Assembly (NCBI GenBank): GCA_013265495.1
Contig: MU058198.1
Location: forward strand, 3,546,419-3,610,418
Reading direction: 5' to 3'
DNA from: Vicugna vicugna
Taxonomy: Eukaryota
DNA length: 64,000 nucleotides
The position numbers and the translations under genes are program-made. The notes below the pieces were generated by a model that was not told the DNA's origin, searched no databases, and saw nothing but the letters and a program-made list of their open reading frames with translations. Below, piece after piece: positions 62,530-64,000 of this stretch (the stretch's first letter is position 1; each line of letters begins with the position of its first letter).

Positions 62530-62710
62530 CCGTTTAATGTGCATTATCTGATTTAATTCTCACGGTAACCCCGGAGAGGAGGCATCGTTACCCTGTTCTT
62601 ACAGCTGAGGAAACTGAGGCATTGCCAAAGGTCACATGTCTGGAAAGTGGAGGGGCCAGGATTTGATCCAGATCAGCTGGCCCCAAAGCACGTATTTTTA
62701 ATCACCACCG
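62530..62710 (-). mobile_element. MIR SINE
   Basis: ttacagctgaggaaactgaggc...ccaaaggtcaca...aagtggaggggccaggatttga. Confidence 0.82.
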
Positions 62711-63337
62711 ATCTTCTCTAAGAGATTCGTGGGTGTGGAAAGATCTTTGCAGATCCGCTTGTCAGTGGTACAGGGGTTCATTAGGTCCATGCCTGTTGAG
62801 TTTTCGCTGACAATATACATTTTTCCCAAGGAGCTGTACTAGGACCTATAACAGTTCTGATGACAATGATTCAGGCATAATCCCTTGACTTCTGCCTGTA
62901 GCTTATATTTTGTGAGACCACAGATGAACAGCAGAATGTTTGCACTCTTCTAGAGTCTACAGGCAGATGCTGGGGGGTAAAGAATGAGATTGATACTCAG
63001 AGGAGAAAGGAAAAACTATCTTCTGGGGCTTTCTTAGAAAAGAAAGGGAAAGGAAGCCTTGGCTCAAGCACCAAGACTGGTTAGAAAGTGAGCCTGGCCA
63101 CCACCTACTGATCTTCCTCTTCTGTATTTTTCTTCAACAGATATTTTTGAGCACTTGGTATTTACTGATTCAACCAGTATTTATTGAGTGCCTACTGTAT
63201 GGCACACATGGTTGTAGGTGTTAGAGATCCAGCAGTGAAGTGGGCAGACAAGCTCTCATAGTTTCTGATTCAGGGGCAGAGGATGTGGTCTGGAGGGCAC
63301 AAAGCCAGCAGGTACAGGCCGGTTTAAGTGCTGGTAT

Positions 63338-63990
63338 TAATACAGGGAACTGTGGGGTGAGAGGATGGCCATATCCCAGGTCTCGGTTGAGTCCCTGGGA
63401 TGCGCCCGTCAAGTGTGGGTTCTTGGCTTCACGCAGGAGAGAATTCAAGAGGGAGCCGTAGTTGAGTAAAAGTAGATTTATTCAGAGAGATACACACTCC
63501 ATAGACAGAGTGCAGGCTGTCTAAAGGAAGAGAAAGGCCATGAAGTGTGGGGGTTGGGTGCTTAGTTTAAAGTAAGAGCAGACACACACTCCGTAGGCAC
63601 AGCGTGGTCCATCTCACTCAGAAGGGGGGGCAGCCACGAGGTGTGGGGCTTGTTAGTTTTTATGGGCTGGGTAACTTCATATACTAACAAGTAGAAGGAT
63701 TATTCCAACTACTTCAGGGAAGAGGCTGGGATTCCCAGGAACTGGACCACCTCCCACTTTCTGACCTTTTATGGTCAGCCTTGGGACTGTCACGGCGCCT
63801 GTAGGCGTGTCATTTAGCATGCTAATATATTACAGTGAGCCTATAAGGAAGCCCGAGGTCTACTGGAAGTCAAATCTCCCACCATCTTTGGCCCCAAGGT
63901 CTACTGGGGGTTGAATCTCCTGCCATCTTGGTGCTCATTGCTGTGTCATTCCTTGAATGGCTGTGCCCTGCCCCCTTCCTGCCTGTCTCA
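63338..63990 (-). mobile_element. ERV1 solo LTR, MER41-like
   Basis: About 650 bp. The minus strand starts TGAGACAGG and has AATAAA near 63477-63482. Motifs ttcagggaa...ttcccaggaact, tttagcatgctaat and gccatcttgg occur in MER41 order as recalled. Possible TSD gtat/atat. Confidence 0.8.
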
Positions 63991-64000
63991 ATATCTCCAC

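Noticed and set aside
1..64000. A novel multi-gene biological system or a named host gene
   Set aside because: No coding exons, operon-like structure, RNA genes or unexplained repeat arrays were identifiable, so the host gene cannot be named from sequence alone.

Overview
This window is mammalian nuclear DNA, not prokaryotic. It is very probably camelid (camel/alpaca/llama), because it holds six tRNA-Ala(AGC)-derived SINEs resembling the tylopod vic-1 family. I find no supportable protein-coding gene, true tRNA/rRNA gene or CRISPR array, and the ORF track looks like chance ORFs in repeats and low-complexity DNA. The window reads as a large intron or intergenic tract packed with interspersed repeats. 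These include MIR and L2 relics, old and young L1 fragments, hAT/Tigger DNA-transposon fossils (MER33, MER20, MER5A, MER53, MER58A, MER63, MER82, MER102-like), MaLR/ERVL fragments and three ERV1-type solo LTRs. I found no evidence of a new biological system. The best second-look items are a MER41-like LTR retaining tandem STAT-type sites, a tail-to-tail inverted SINE pair, several nested insertions with readable target-site duplications (TSDs), a ~28-bp twin-priming L1 inversion, strong RFX and DR0 motifs, and two promoter/exon-like unique blocks. Repeat family names come from remembered consensus sequences, not from a database search. Boundaries without TSDs are approximate.
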